Positions 22,080-35,253 of a stretch of DNA of 64,000 nucleotides are shown piece after piece. Position 1 is the first letter of the stretch. The number at the start of each line of letters is the position of its first letter. The position numbers were made by a program, and so were the translations under genes. The stretch spans positions 800,001 through 864,000 of the forward strand of contig CAWJPJ010000006.1 of NCBI GenBank assembly GCA_963844715.1. The letters are read 5' to 3'. This DNA comes from an uncultured Phycisphaerales bacterium. GTDB taxonomy: Bacteria; Planctomycetota; Phycisphaerae; Tepidisphaerales; Tepidisphaeraceae. The notes below the pieces were generated by a model that was not told the DNA's origin, ran no database searches, and was given only the letters and a program-made list of their open reading frames with translations.

Positions 22080-25000
22080 GTGGTTCCCTGCGCCAGCGGC
22101 GGGGTTTCGGAATCATCGTGCAATGGACCGGAATCAGCGCGAGCGCCCATGCGGCGTGCCAGGCGGTCGAACCAGAGATAAATCACCGGCGTGGTGTAGA
22201 GGGTGAGAATCTGGCTGAAAATCAGGCCGCCGACCATGGCGATGCCCAGCGGGCGGCGGAGTTCGGAGCCGACGCCGGTTCCCAGAGCCAAGGGCAACCC
22301 GGCCAAAAGCGCGGCCATGGTGGTCATCATGATCGGGCGGAAACGCAGGAGGCACGCCTGGTAGATCGCCTCTTCGGGCGATTTACCCTCGTTGCGCTGG
22401 GCATCGAGCGCGAAGTCAACCATCATGATGCCGTTTTTCTTCACGATGCCGATCAGGAGAATGATTCCAATCAGCGCGATGACGCTAAAGTCGGTGCCGC
22501 ACAGAAGCAGCGCCGCCACGGCGCCCACGCCGGCCGAAGGTAGCGTGGACAAAATCGTGATCGGATGGACGAAACTTTCGTACAGAACGCCCAGGACGAT
22601 GTAAACCGTGATCAACGCGGCGGCGATGAGCGCGCCCTCGTTGGATAAAGCGGCCTGAAAGGCTTCGGCGGTTCCCTGGAATCCAGTCTCAACGCTGGCG
22701 GGCATTTTCAGATCTTCCTTGGCTTGATTGATCGCCTGCACGGCCTGGCCCAGGGACGCGGTGGGCGCGAGGTTGAACGAGAGCGTTACGCACGGGAATT
22801 GCGATTGATGATTAACCGCCATCGGACCCTGAACCTGCTCGAAATGGGCGAAGGAACTGAGCGGGGCTTGCCCGCCGGAGGCGGTTTGAATGTAAATGTG
22901 CTGGAGATCGAACGGGTTGGAACGGAATTTCGTCGGGACCTCGAGCACGACGTGATACTGGTTGAGCTGCGTGAACATGATGGAAATCTGGCGCTGGCCG
23001 AAGGCGTCATACAGCGTGTCGTCGATGTTCTGCATGGTGATGCCCAGGCGTGAGGCGGTGTCGCGATCGATGACCAGAGTGGTCCACAGCCCTTCATTTT
23101 GAGAGTCGCTGGCGACGTCGCGCAATTCGGGCATTTGCGCCATCTTGGCCAATAAAGCCGGAGCCCAGGTGTTGAGTTCGCCCGTGTCGGGGTCTTCGAG
23201 GGTGTATTGGAACTGCGTTCGGCTCACGCGATCGTCCACCGTCAGGTCCTGAACCGGCTGCATATAGAGCGTGATTCCCTCGACTTTTTGCAGCGCCGGT
23301 TGCAGGCGAACGATAACGTCGCTGGCGCTGATCTTTCGGACTTCAAGCGGTTTGAGATTGATCTGGATTCGGCCGCTGTTGAGCGTGACGTTGGTGCCGT
23401 CGACGCCAATGAACGACGAGAGACTTTCGACGGCAGGATCCTGGAGGATGATCTTGGCCAGTTCCTGCTGGCGCTGTCCCATGGCGTCGAAGGAAATGCT
23501 GGCGGGCGCCTGGGAGATGCCAAGGATGACGCCCGTGTCCTGAACAGGGAAGAATCCTTTCGGGACGATCCAGAAGAGCCAGGCGGTGAGGACCACGGTG
23601 CCGACGGCGACCAGGAGCGTGGCGCCCTGCCGCTTGAGGACCCATTGGAGAGTCATGCCGTAGCGGGCAATCACCCATTCAAAGGCATATTCGCTGACGC
23701 GATAAAACCGGCCCTGCTGCGCAGCGGGTTTGTGCCGGAGGATCAGGGCGGCACATCATCGGCGTCAGGGTCAGGGAGACGAAGGCGGACACGACGATCG
23801 TGACGCTAAGCGTCACCGCAAATTCGCGGAAGAGCCGCCCCACCACATCGCCCATGAAAAGGAGCGGAATCAGCGCGGCAATCAGCGAGACGCTCAGGGA
23901 GATAATCGTGAACCCGATTTGCTCGGAGCCTTTAAGCGCCGCGGTCAGCGGGGATTGCCCGGCCTCGACGTAGCGGATGATGTTTTCGATCATGACGATG
24001 GCGTCGTCCACCACAAACCCCGTGGAAATCGTCAGAGCCATGAGCGTCAGGTTGTTCAGGCTGTAGCCCAGGAGGTACATGACCCCAAGCGTGCCAATGA
24101 GAGAAAGGGGCACGGCGATGCTCGGGATGCTCGTGGCGGCGGCGCTGCGGAGGAAGAGGAAGATGACCATCACCACCAGGAAGACGGTCAACGCCAGTTC
24201 CATCTGGACATCCAGGACCGACGCGCGGATGGTGGTGGTGCGATCGGTAAGAATATCGACATTCACGCCGCTGGGAAGACTTAGCTTGAGCTGCGGAAGA
24301 AGCTGCTCGATTCGATCGACGACGTCGATGATGTTGGCGCCAGGTTGCCGCTGAATGTTGAGAATGACGGCGGGCTTCTCATTCCACCAGGCGGCCTCGC
24401 GGACATCTTCCGTGGAATCGACCACGTTGGCGATATCGGAAAGGCGCACCGGCGCGCCGTTGTTGTAGGCGACGACCAGAGGGCGATAGTCGGCGCTGGA
24501 GAGAAGCTGATCGTTGGCGCCGATGGTTTGGGCCTGATCGCGTCCGTCGAAGCTCCCCTTGGCCTGATCGACGCTCATCAGCCCGACCTGCGTGCGGAGG
24601 TCTTCGAGGGTCAAGCCGACGGAGGCGAGCTGGGTCGGATTCGCCTGGATTCGGACCGCCGGCTTTTGCCCGCCGCTGATGCTGACCAGGCCGACACCGC
24701 TAAGCTGGGAGATTTTTTGCGCCAGCCGCGTGTCGGCAAGGTCCTCGACCTGCGGGAGCGGCATGGTATTGCTGGTGAGGGCCAGAGTCAGAATCGGGGT
24801 GTCGGCGGGATTGACCTTGCTATAGATCGGCGGGTTGGGAAGATTTTTTGGAAGATACGTCCCCGAGGCGTTGATCGCCGCCTGAACCTCCTGCTCGGCT
24901 ACGTCAATATCGAGATCGAGCGTAAATTGCAGAGTAATGACCGAGCACCCTTCCGAACTGGTGCTGGTCATCTGGTTTAATCCGGCGACCTGTCCGAATT

Positions 25001-25208
25001 GACGCTCCAGCGGCGCGGTGACCGCCGAGGCCATCACATCGGGGCTGGCGCCGGGGTAGAACGTGAGGATCTGAATCGTTGGATAATCGACCTCGGGAAG
25101 CGCCGAGACGGGCAACTGCTTGTATGCCACGGCCCCGACCAGAAGAATCGCGACCATCAGCAGCGACGTCGCCACTGGTCGCAGGATGAACACCCGAGAC
25201 GGACTCAT
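22076..25208 (-). CDS. mdtB: RND efflux permease subunit MdtB; frameshift near 23750
   Basis: [33 protein letters not shown] and [10 protein letters not shown]. It continues in ORF 22076..23674 ([10 protein letters not shown]). Confidence 0.88.
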
Positions 25209-26569
25209 TCCCCCGTCCTCGTGGTGGCGGCGGAATCGGAATCATCTTCATCCTGATGATGATGGTGGTGCGTTGAAGCCTGGGTTGTGGCTTGCGTTGT
25301 GGGCTGCTGGCCGGGCGCGGGTTTGGGCAGGACTTTGGAGCCTTGCTGGAGCTTGTCGACGCCGTCGGTGATAACAACTTCTCCTGCAGACAGCCCGCTG
25401 CGCACGGCCTGCCAATCCCCCTGCTGGGGACCGAGCACGAGGTTGCGGACATCCGCGGTATCGTCGCTTTTTACGACGTACACAAACGTGCTGCTATTCG
25501 GGCCGCGCTGTACGGCGGCGCTGGGAATGAGCAGCGTTTTGTGCAGCGTTTTATAGAGCAACTGAATGTTGACGAACTGGTTGGGGAAAAGGGCGTTATC
25601 CTTGTTCTCGAAGACCGCCTTCAATTTGAGCTTTGCCGTTGTCGGATCGATCGAACTATCCACCGCGTAAACCGAGCCGACGGCGATCTTCTTCGTGATG
25701 TCGCTGTTGTAGGCGTCAACTTCGAGCTTCGGAACGGTGGAGTTGTCGCCCATGACCTTGGGGATATCCACGTCGGCGATGGTGAAGATGACCGTAATGG
25801 GCTGAAGCTGCGTAATGACGGCCAAACCGTTGGCGTCCGTGGGCTGAACGAAGTTGCCCGGATCGACTTGCCGCAGGCCGATGCGCCCGTCGATCGGCGA
25901 CGTGATGTAACAATAGACAAGCTGAACCTTCGCGTTGTCCAGGTTTCCCTGATCGCTTTCGATGACTGCCTTGTCCTGATCGACAGTGGCTTTCTGCGTA
26001 TCGATCTGCTGCTGAGTGAAAGTGCCGGCGGCGGCTCCCTGATAGCGAGTCAAGTTGAGCTGATCGTTTTCAAGAGTCGCCTGATCCTTGGCCAGTTGTC
26101 CCTGGGCTTGTTCGACGGCGGCCTGGAATGGACGAGGGTCGATTTCGGCGATCTGCTGGCCCTTGGTCACGAGCTGGCCTTCATCGAATCCGACGTTGAT
26201 CAATTGACCGCTGACGCGCGTCCGAACGGTGACGGTATAGAACGGCGTTGCCGTCCCGAGTTCGGGAAGATAAAGAGGCAGGGTGCCGAGATGGGCGGTG
26301 GCCACGACGACGGGCGTCGGAGGGACCGGCCGCGCGGCAGCCTTTGCGGCGGCGACGCTGGCGGCGTGCACACGCCAATAAATCACTGCCGCCAAACCGG
26401 CGGCGACGGCGATCAGGATCAGCCATACCCAAATGTGGGAGTGGCTCGATTGCGGCTGCTGCGGCTGAGGGGAATGGACGTGCGGCTGCGGAGACGGAAT
26501 TCGCTGCGCCGCCGGGTGAACACCTGTTTGATGCGGTGATTGCACGTCCATCGCGTCTGACTGAACCAT
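25205..26569 (-). CDS. mdtA: RND periplasmic adaptor subunit MdtA
   Basis: N-terminal [38 protein letters not shown] and LFPNQFVN. Confidence 0.88.
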   Translation of the reverse strand: MVQSDAMDVQSPHQTGVHPAAQRIPSPQPHVHSPQPQQPQSSHSHIWVWLILIAVAAGLAAVIYWRVHAASVAAAKAAARPVPPTPVVVATAHLGTLPLYLPELGTATPFYTVTVRTRVSGQLINVGFDEGQLVTKGQQIAEIDPRPFQAAVEQAQGQLAKDQATLENDQLNLTRYQGAAAGTFTQQQIDTQKATVDQDKAVIESDQGNLDNAKVQLVYCYITSPIDGRIGLRQVDPGNFVQPTDANGLAVITQLQPITVIFTIADVDIPKVMGDNSTVPKLEVDAYNSDITKKIAVGSVYAVDSSIDPTTAKLKLKAVFENKDNALFPNQFVNIQLLYKTLHKTLLIPSAAVQRGPNSSTFVYVVKSDDTADVRNLVLGPQQGDWQAVRSGLSAGEVVITDGVDKLQQGSKVLPKPAPGQQPTTQATTQASTHHHHHQDEDDSDSAATTRTGE

Positions 26570-26712
26570 CTATCTCCTCAGCCGCCGGTCACTTGCATGG
26601 GTTAATGATGCTCAAAAACCCAAAACGGCTAATGCTAAGATCGGCCATTATCCGTGGCAATAGCGAACGGTTAGCCAGAAAATACGCGGCAAAGGGGTCG
26701 CCAGTCCGCAAA

Positions 26713-27327
26713 TCAGGCTCTTGTCGATGCTGCCGGGGTTTTCGACGCCCTCCCGGCCCATTTACTGAGACGATAGCCCAGCAGCAGGGTGAGAACTACG
26801 GCAAAAGCCTTAGGGAGTGTCACATCAGCTTTGACCAATGAGTAGTAATGCAGAACCGCCGCGATTCCAGCGGGGTAGATGAGTGTATGGAGTCGCTTCC
26901 ATCGCGCGGCCCCCATTTTTTTGATGATGCCGTTGGTGGAGGTCGCGGCCAAGGGGGCCATGAGGAGAAGGGCCGTCATTCCGTAGAAGATGAAGGGTCG
27001 GCGGAGGATATCGGCGAAGGCGGCTGACAAACTGAACGACTGATAGATGGCGATATAAATGAAGAGATGGACGCAGCCGTAGAAGAAGGCGAAGAGCCCG
27101 AGCATGCGGCGGAAATTGCTGAGGAAATTCCAGCCGGTGATTTTGCGGACGGGCGTGACGGCGAGGCAGAGGGTCAGGAAGACGAGCGCGGTCATGCCGG
27201 TGGTGCGGATGGCGCGCTCGGACGGGTTGGTGCCGAGCTGACCGCTGTAGGCATCCCAGGAGAGGAGAGTCAGGGGAACGAGGGCGTTGACGAAGAGGAC
27301 GAGTTTGGCGAATTGGGGATCTTTCAT
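26713..27327 (-). CDS. msrQ: protein-methionine-sulfoxide reductase heme-binding subunit
   Basis: LAVTP, RRMLGLFAFFY..H, PLAATS and WKRLHTLIY. It lies downstream of msrP. Confidence 0.9.
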   Translation of the reverse strand: MKDPQFAKLVLFVNALVPLTLLSWDAYSGQLGTNPSERAIRTTGMTALVFLTLCLAVTPVRKITGWNFLSNFRRMLGLFAFFYGCVHLFIYIAIYQSFSLSAAFADILRRPFIFYGMTALLLMAPLAATSTNGIIKKMGAARWKRLHTLIYPAGIAAVLHYYSLVKADVTLPKAFAVVLTLLLGYRLSKWAGRASKTPAASTRA

Positions 27328-27375
27328 AACTTCGAGTTGTCTCGCGCTTCGCGGGCAATATTAATTAGAAAGCTT

Positions 27376-27418
27376 GCCCCTCACCCTTTCCCTCTCCCCG
27401 GGGTACCGGGGAGAGGGG
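27376..27418. repeat. REP-like palindrome between msrP and msrQ
   Basis: gcccctcaccctttccctctccccggggtaccggggagagggg. Confidence 0.8.
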
Positions 27419-27425
27419 ATAAAAC

Positions 27426-28403
27426 CTAGAAGTTCGCGCGTAGGTCCATTCCTGTGTAGAGCGAGGCGACCTGGTCGGCGTAGCCGTTGAACATCAGGGT
27501 TGGGCGGCGGCCGGAATCTCCGATGCGCTGCTCGGTGGCCTGGCTCCAGCGCGGATGATCGACGTTGGGATTCACGTTGGCGTAAAAGCCATATTCGTTT
27601 GGAGCGTAGATGTTCCACGTCGTCGGAGGCTGATCGGCAACCAGATCGATCTTGACGATCGACTTGATGCCTTTGAATCCGTATTTCCACGGAACGACCA
27701 GCCGAATCGGCGCGCCGTCCTGCGGGGGGAGTTCTTTGCCGTAGATTCCGGTCGCGAGAATGGTCAGCGGGTGCATGGCTTCGTCCATTCGCAGCCCCTC
27801 GACGTACGGCCAGGGTAGCAGATCGGTCCCCTCATTCGGCATGCGCTTCGGGTCCATCAGAGTCTGGAACGCAACGTACTTTGCGGAACTGAGCGGCTGA
27901 ACCCGCTCGAGCAATTTTGAAAGCGGAAAGCCATCCCACGGAATAACCATCGACCACCCTTCAACGCAGCGCATTCGATAAACGCGCTCCTCCGGTGGAC
28001 TGATCTTGAGCAAGTCGTCTAGATCGAACACTGTCGGTTTTTGAACCAGCCCCCCCACCTCCACCGACCAAGGGCGCGTGACGAATCCGGCGGCGGCCGC
28101 GGCGACGTCCTCCTTGGTGGTGTCGAACTCGTAAAAATTGTTGTAGTGCGTGATGTCGTCAAAAGCGGTTTCGGGATCGTTCGGCCCCAGCGGCGCCAGG
28201 ACGGTCGCCCGCGTCGCGGGGAGCAAGTCGGCCAGGTTCTTGGCGGGCTGGTCCCAGGCCGGGCGGGGATTCAACCGATTGTAAACCCAGCCCGTGGCAA
28301 CCGCGCTGGCGGCAAGAATCCCCGCACGCATAAAGTTGCGACGATTGAGATAGACGGATTGCGGCGTGACCTCGTCCATAATCCTGCCTCGATGGGGAAT
28401 CAT
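27426..28403 (-). CDS. msrP: protein-methionine-sulfoxide reductase catalytic subunit
   Basis: Tat motif [40 protein letters not shown] and HPRWSQATE. Confidence 0.95.
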   Translation of the reverse strand: MIPHRGRIMDEVTPQSVYLNRRNFMRAGILAASAVATGWVYNRLNPRPAWDQPAKNLADLLPATRATVLAPLGPNDPETAFDDITHYNNFYEFDTTKEDVAAAAAGFVTRPWSVEVGGLVQKPTVFDLDDLLKISPPEERVYRMRCVEGWSMVIPWDGFPLSKLLERVQPLSSAKYVAFQTLMDPKRMPNEGTDLLPWPYVEGLRMDEAMHPLTILATGIYGKELPPQDGAPIRLVVPWKYGFKGIKSIVKIDLVADQPPTTWNIYAPNEYGFYANVNPNVDHPRWSQATEQRIGDSGRRPTLMFNGYADQVASLYTGMDLRANF

Positions 28404-28465
28404 AGGTAAGGTACGAAGGCCGGGGTACTGTTGGATGTCCGGCGACGGCTGTCTATCATCTGGTA

Positions 28466-29699
28466 ATGAACCAACCGACCCGCACGCGGGTTTCCTCGCT
28501 TATTTTTCTTACTTTTTTTATCGGCATAACCGGATGCGCTTCTTCCCAACCGGCACAAAACGCCGCGCCTGCGCCGCAACCTGAGTCGACGGCGGCGTCC
28601 GCCCCTTCAACAGCGCCGACTGTATCGGATTTGACGGGGCCGAATCCTTATTTGGGGCCGGGGCCGCGATTTTTGCGGGTGATCAAGTTGGTCGATGAGC
28701 CGGACTCCTGGTTTGAGTCTGACAAGGGGCGGCAGATCGTGGACAACATCGTCGGCTGGCAGAACGCCGACGGAGGGTGGTGGAAGAATTACGATCCGCG
28801 AAGCTGCGCCCGGCGACCATGCCGATCAATCCGCACGACGGCCCGCCCGGCGATGACGATGTGGTGTGGCACGCCGTGAGCACGTTCGACAACGACGCGA
28901 CGCATACGGAATTGCGCATCGTGGCGCGGGCGTATCGGGTGCTGGGTGATCCGCGCTATCGGGATTCGTTTGAGCGCGGCCTGCAATATATTTTTCGCTC
29001 GCAATACGCCAACGGCGGATGGCCGCAGCGGTTTCCCCTGCAGGAAAATTACGGGCGCTACATCACGTTCAACGACAACGCGATGACGGACAACATGACG
29101 TTGCTCAAGGACGTCATCGATAAGAAGCCGGACTTCGCGTTTGTATCGGAAGCGGAACGCGAGCAATGCGAGGAGTCGTTCGATCGCGGCATCTCGTGCA
29201 TTTTGAAGTGTCAGGTCGTGCAGAATGGGAAGCTCACGGTGTGGTGCCAGCAGCACGATGAGGTGACGTTCGAGCCGCGCGGGCGCGGAATTTTGAACTG
29301 CCGGGACTAAGCGGCGAGGAAAGCGCGGATATCGTGCTGGTTTTGATGAGCATCGATCATCCCGACGATCGGGTTAAGCAGGCGATCGAGGCCGCCGTGG
29401 ACTGGTATCGAAGATCGGAAATTCTCGGCAAAAGATGGGTGGTGATGCGCGGGGATCAGTATTTCCATGGACGCGACCGGGCGCTGATCGACGATCCGAA
29501 CGCCCCGCCCCTTTGGGCGCGGTATTACGATGTGGCGACGAATCAGCCGTTTGTCAGTGGGCGCGACGGGCACGAGAAGCCGTCCGTGCAGATGATTTCA
29601 TGGGAACGGCGCAACGGATACGGCTGGTATGGCCGTTGGGGTGAGAAAGTTTTCTCGGCATACGCCGATTGGAAGAAACGCGCGGACGTTGTTCAGTGA
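28466..29699 (+). CDS. pectate lyase, PL10 (PelA-like), probable lipoprotein; two frameshifts
   Basis: Lipobox-like [52 protein letters not shown] and ERRNGYGW. Confidence 0.85.
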
Positions 29700-30447
29700 G
29701 CGCTGAAAACCGAACGCTTCATGGTCTTCGCGGCGGCGAGCAATCCGAGCAATGGAAGCGCCATATAAGCCGCGGCCGGGAGGGGTACGACGCCGGGGGT
29801 TCCGCCGCCGGTTGTCGGGGAAACCGGCACGATGGACGCGGAGATCTGCCCTCCGGCGGTGCCGTCGCTGAAATCCACCAGTTCGCCCGGCGATCCGTCA
29901 AGCGGAACAACCGCGGGAGCAACCTGATCGGAGAATGAATTCACGTACGATTGCAGCGATGTCGGCAGAAGACTGAGATTCGGATCCTCAAGGAAGGCGA
30001 TCACTTCGGATTCGGGAACGAGGGCCGAGCCGGGGAAGGCCTCATCGTAGGATTCGCCTTCGATCATGGCCGATGTACTGACGTTGACGCCCACGGCCAC
30101 GCCATTGGTGGTTCCCAGCGAACTGCTCTGGCTGTAAACGCCGGCGATGGCGAAGAACTGCGGCGTGCTGCCGCCCAAATCCGCCGGGACGGTTTGTGAA
30201 CTGCCGGCCGGGGAGATGATCACATTCTGATTGGACGCTCCCGCGGGAATGTCCTGCAGGGTCGCGTAACCGTCAAAGGTAACGGCCGTGGTATTGCCGG
30301 AGAAGAGGGCCACATAATCGCTCGAGATGGGATTGATGACGTTGTCGAAGTTCAGCGATATTTCGGTTTCGGCCGCGCGAGCACCTTGAGGCGCCCGGCA
30401 ATTCCCAACATCACCAACGCCGTGCCAAGCAGAGTTTTTCCCGACAT
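29693..30447 (-). CDS. secreted protein with PEP-CTERM-like (VPLPA) sorting signal; frameshift in signal peptide
   Basis: C-terminus VVPLPAAAYMALPLLGLLAAAKTMKR. Ser/Thr-rich body. Probable start MSGKTLLGTALVMLGIAG at 30447. Confidence 0.7.
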
Positions 30448-30562
30448 GAATCCCTCCCGATCTGATGAAAACACGAAACACCCACAGCTGATTCAGGGCC
30501 GATAATAATCAGCACTGCGATGCGCCGTCAACGATAAATTTGATGAAGAGTGCGCAAGGACT

Positions 30563-32669
30563 TTAGTTAGGCGGCTTAGCTTGATCGGTCGGCGGTTGGA
30601 GTTCCTGCCAAAGGAACGAGTAGCCGAGAGCCTCCGTGTTGGCGGTATGGGCATGATCCGCGCCGCTGCTGTGGCCGCCTTCGGTGTTTTCATAAAAGAA
30701 GACGTCGTGCCCCTGGGCTTCCATGAGAGCGGCCATCTTTCGGGCATGGCCTGGATGAACGCGGTCGTCACGCGTGGAAGTCGTGAAAAGCACAGGGGGA
30801 TACGTGCGATCCTCGCGAACATTCTGATAGGGAGAATAGCGGCTGATGAACGCCCAATCGGCGGGGTTGTCGGGGTCCCCGTATTCATCGATCCAGCTCG
30901 CCCCGGCGAGGAGCTTGGTGTAGCGGCGCATGTCCAGAAGGGGCGATTCACAGAGGACGGCGCCGAAGAGATCGGGTCGCTCCGTGAGCATGACGCCGAC
31001 GAGGAGCCCGCCGTTGGAACCCCCTTCGATGCCCAGATGTTTGGGAGAGGTGATTTTTCGATTGATGAGGTCTTCAGCCACGGCCTGGAAATCGTCATAG
31101 GCGTTTTGCCGTTTCTCGCGTTGGGCGGCTTCGTGCCAGGCGGGGCCGAATTCCCCCCCGCCGCGAATATTCGCCAGGGCGAAGACCCCCCGCGCTCGAG
31201 CCAGCCGATTCCGACGTCTTCCCGATATTCGGGTGTGATGGAGATTTCGAAACCGCCGTAGCCGTAAAGGAGAGTGGGATTGGTTCCATCGAGCTTCATG
31301 TCCTTGGGCCCGACGAGAAAGTATGGAATGTGCGTTCCGTCTTTACTGATCGCCTCATACTGGACGGCTTGAAGATTCGACGCATCAAATACGGCGGGCA
31401 TGCTTTTCAGTTGCTCGCGATTGTCCTGACCGCACGTTCCCAGGGACAGAGTGGGCGGGGAAAGCCAATCTTCTTCGATGAGAAAATAGTCGTCGGATTC
31501 ATTGTCGTCGACGCCGGAGATGTCAATTGACCCGAACGGTGGCACGGGAATGGGCGTGTGGACCCATTGCTCGCCGTTGGGCCGAACAAACTCGGCTCGG
31601 CCACAGACGTTGTTGAGTTCATTCAGAATCAGGTCGTTTTTTGTGTCGCTCCAGCCGAGGAGGGAAGTTCGCGGCTCGGGCTGGAAGAGGACTGAGAGAT
31701 GCCGATCCCCGCGCAGATAATCTTCCAAAGGCTCCGCCAGGAGTGAGCCCGCTCGATAGGTCTGGCCGGCGACCGTCCAATCGGAGCGGATATCCAGCAG
31801 GAGATATTTCCCGAACGTATCGAGCTGCGCGTCGAGCGGTTTGTCGATGCGCACCCAATCGTCGCCGCGGCGGAGAAACATTTCGTCCTGAAAATCCGCG
31901 ATGGAGCGATCGATGAATTCATAGACGTACCCGTGATCGTGCTCGACTTCGGCGCTCACGCCGACATCATCCGCGTTGGCGACGAATTCGGTTTTGGCGT
32001 CGGCGAGAGGCGTGCCGCGTTTCCAAAGTTTGACGATGCGGGGGTAACCGGATTCGGTCAGCGAGCCAGGCCCAAAATCGGTATCGACGTAGATGGAGTC
32101 CAGATCGCGCCAGGAAACGTCGCTCTTGGCTTCGGGGAGGGAAAAGCCGTTGGGGACGAATTCTTTTTTGTTCAAATCGAATTCGCGGACCACATGCGCA
32201 TCGGCCCCGCCGCGCGAGAGGATGATAAGGCAGCGGTCATACTCCGGCTTGCGAAGGACTTCTCCGCGCCAGACCCAGCTTACCTTCTCGCTTGCCGCAA
32301 GCTGGTCAAGATCGAGGACGGTTTCCCATGCGGGATCGGGTTTCTTGTATTCGTCGAGAGTCGTGCGCCGCCACAGGCCTCGAGGATGCTCCTTGTCGCG
32401 CCAAAAGTTGTAATAGAATTTTCCGTACTTAGCGATGAAGGGAATTCGGTCTTCCGAATCCAGGGCGCCCAGCAAACGGGTTCGCAGCGGCTGGAAATCC
32501 GGCCAGGATTCCAATCGCGCGACCGTGCGGGCATCCTGCTGCTTGACCCAATCGAGGGCGCGCGGGCCGGTGATGTCTTCGAGCCAAAGATACGGATCGG
32601 CAGTTTGCGCCAGACGATTGGGGACAAGCACAAAGTCAGCACAAACAAAACCGCCGCTTTGATTTTCAT
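30563..32669 (-). CDS. prolyl oligopeptidase (S9A); frameshifts near 32610 and 31190
   Basis: [40 protein letters not shown] and EGGH (Ser-Asp-His triad). Confidence 0.92.
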
Positions 32670-34219
32670 GGTTGGGTTGGCGTCGATTCGACGTTGGGGA
32701 ACAGAGGTTGGCCCGGCCCGACCTTGGTGCCGGGTTCCGGCGGATTGGCATAAAGTTCGTCGAGCTTTTTCCCAGCGGCCTGAATACCAAGTTGTGCCAA
32801 TCCTTCCCCGGCTTTGTGGGTAAGAATAGGGAGCAGCGCGACCAGCGATTTGTGAATCGCGGCGGCGGCAACGTTGAGGACGGTATCGAGCCGGCCCGAT
32901 TGCGCGGGATCCTTGGCGAGCTTGAACGGCTCGGTGGCGTCAATGTAACCGTTGGCGGCGCGAGCCAATTCGATCGGCAATAGCGCGCACTGCTGCAATT
33001 CCAATCGCTCGTAAGCCGCCGCAATATCCCCGGGAAGCTTCTCAGCTTTCTCCACAAGATCGCGATCGATCTGGAGAAGCTCGTCCTGTTTGGGCAATAC
33101 CCCGTCGCGATAGCGCTCGATCATCTTCACGGTGCGATTAAGGCAATTGCCCAGGACGTTCTTCAGTTCATTGAAGGCTTTGTGCAGATCGGCGTCCGTC
33201 CATTGGAGATCGCTGCCAAACGGGGCCGCGCGAATGAGGTAATAGCGCAGCGCGTCCAATGAATAAGTGCCCGCGACGGCTCGCAGTTCGTCCAGGCCAA
33301 TGAAATTGCCCAAAGACTTGCTCATTTTTCGCTCGCCGCTGACCCACCACCCGTGCGCCGCGACTTTCAGGGGCAGCGGAAGCCCCAGGGAAAGCAGCAT
33401 GGCGGGCCAATAGACCGTGTGAAACCAGAGAATGTCCTTGCCGATCACATGCACGTCCGCGGGCCAGAATTTGTCATACAGCTTTTGATCGCCCGACGGC
33501 CACCCAAGAGCCGTGATGTAATTGCTCAAGGCGTCGATCCAGACATAGACCACGTGCTCCGGATCATGAGGAAGCGGGATGCCCCACTTGAGCGACGCTC
33601 GGCTGATGGACAGATCGTCCACCCCCGCCTTGAGCTTGCTGATCACCTCATTGCGGCGCGATTCCGGGTGAATGAAATCCGGGTGCGCTTCAATGTGCTG
33701 GAGAATGCGCGGTATGTATTTCGTGAGCCGAAAGAAATAGCTCTTCTCGGAATGGCGCGAAAGAGCCTTGCCGCTCACGGCGGATTTGTATTGATGGTTC
33801 TTGGCCTCGGTTTCAGTGACAAATTCCTCTTGGCCCTCGTCGTACCACCCTTCGTATCCGCCCAGATAGATATCGTCGTTGACGAGCAGCCGGCGAACGA
33901 TCTCCTGCACGGCGTTTTTGTGCCGGTCCTGGGTGGTCCGGATGAAATCGTCGTTAGTGATCTCAAATTCCTTCCAAACCTGCTCGAAGACGGGGACTAT
34001 CCGCTCGACAAGCTCGGCGGCCGTAAGGTTCTGGGCGGCGGCGGTCTTGACCATCTTGATGCCGTGCTCGTCGGTCCCGGTGAGAAAATAGGTATCCTGG
34101 CCGAGCAGGCGGTGGTAGCGGGCCAGCGTATCCGTGACGATCGTGCTATAAACCGTACCCAGGTGGGGCTGGGCATTGGGGTAATAAATCGGGGTCGTGA
34201 TATAGAAAGTCTTCTTCAT
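32666..34219 (-). CDS. metG: methionine--tRNA ligase (short form)
   Basis: [14 protein letters not shown] (HIGH position), TGTDEHG, YVWIDAL, GKDIL.FH and KMSKS. Confidence 0.95.
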   Translation of the reverse strand: MKKTFYITTPIYYPNAQPHLGTVYSTIVTDTLARYHRLLGQDTYFLTGTDEHGIKMVKTAAAQNLTAAELVERIVPVFEQVWKEFEITNDDFIRTTQDRHKNAVQEIVRRLLVNDDIYLGGYEGWYDEGQEEFVTETEAKNHQYKSAVSGKALSRHSEKSYFFRLTKYIPRILQHIEAHPDFIHPESRRNEVISKLKAGVDDLSISRASLKWGIPLPHDPEHVVYVWIDALSNYITALGWPSGDQKLYDKFWPADVHVIGKDILWFHTVYWPAMLLSLGLPLPLKVAAHGWWVSGERKMSKSLGNFIGLDELRAVAGTYSLDALRYYLIRAAPFGSDLQWTDADLHKAFNELKNVLGNCLNRTVKMIERYRDGVLPKQDELLQIDRDLVEKAEKLPGDIAAAYERLELQQCALLPIELARAANGYIDATEPFKLAKDPAQSGRLDTVLNVAAAAIHKSLVALLPILTHKAGEGLAQLGIQAAGKKLDELYANPPEPGTKVGPGQPLFPNVESTPTQP

Positions 34220-34282
34220 CTGCCACGATCCTCACAAAAATGTCGTGCGGATCAAGTCACCGCCGCTACAATCTCCCGAAGC

Positions 34283-34579
34283 GTGGAATTCACGGTTTGC
34301 GATTTATGCGGTGATGCGATCGCTCCGCACGAGCATTATGTGGTGCGGATTGACGTCTTCGCCGACCCGCAAATGCCCGCAATGACGGCGGCGGAACTGG
34401 CGGGGACCGATTCCGGGGAACTGGCCAAACTGCTGGAAAAGATGAAACACATGACCGCCGAGGAATTGCAGGAGCAGGTCCATCGGCGGGTGGAGTTCAA
34501 AATCTGCCCGCGCTGCCATGGCCCCTATCTGGCCAACCCGCTGGGCAAGCCGCGAGGCGTCCGAACGGCCACGAATTAA
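34283..34579 (+). CDS. small hypothetical protein with two CxxC motifs
   Basis: CDLCG ... ICPRCH..Y..NPLG from GTG 34283, divergent from metG. Confidence 0.6.
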   Translation: MEFTVCDLCGDAIAPHEHYVVRIDVFADPQMPAMTAAELAGTDSGELAKLLEKMKHMTAEELQEQVHRRVEFKICPRCHGPYLANPLGKPRGVRTATN

Positions 34580-34691
34580 TTTTGGATTTCTCCAGCCGTG
34601 CGCGCAAAAAAAGGCTGCACGGTGGAGGGTTTTGGGCCGTGCAGCCTGGCGGAGGAGGAAACGAGGCTTGTGAGCGAAGCCGCCGGTTTTC

Positions 34692-35024
34692 TTATGCGAC
34701 CGACCTCGCTGATGTTTCGTTGTTATTCGCGATCGTCATCACGACTTTCTTTTCCGGAACCAGCACCACGCTGTTCCAACCGTTTTCACAGGCTTCGATG
34801 CCATGCGACGCGAAATCCGTGAACCAGTAACCGTCGGCGATATATCGAAAACGATAATCCCCGGGTGGCAGGGGGAGAGAGGCTGTCCACCATCCTCCTC
34901 CGGCCGGTTGCATGGCAACCGCGTGTCGAACCCATTGGGAAAAGTCCCCGGCCAGTTTCACGTCGCCTACATGGGGTCGATAAAACCTGAATTCCACTGT
35001 TCCGTCATCCCTGATGCTGGTCAT
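34692..35024 (-). CDS. glycogen-binding / isoamylase early-set (CBM48-like) domain protein
   Basis: VEFRFYRP, LAGDFSQW, LPPGDYRFRYIADGYW..D and NSVV. Confidence 0.8.
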   Translation of the reverse strand: MTSIRDDGTVEFRFYRPHVGDVKLAGDFSQWVRHAVAMQPAGGGWWTASLPLPPGDYRFRYIADGYWFTDFASHGIEACENGWNSVVLVPEKKVVMTIANNNETSARSVA

Positions 35025-35253
35025 CTTTCATTCCTTCGTGGGGATGGTAGAACAAACAGCGTGCCACGCGGACTCGTTTCGGTAATTTGGGGGGTGTTGG
35101 AACCGTCGTGGACCGGGCAAAATGGCCGTTTTCGGGGCCGAAATGGGCTGGAATCTTGGATGTGAATTTTCCGATGATATGGCCACGAATGCAGTTACGA
35201 CGCGGTGATCCAACGCCTGAAGACCGGCGAAAGTTTCGGCAAATGGCATCAGC

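Noticed and set aside
30493..33057. 854-aa ORF overlapping metG as one protein
   Set aside because: Only the middle is prolyl oligopeptidase. Both ends are out-of-frame read-through caused by indels.
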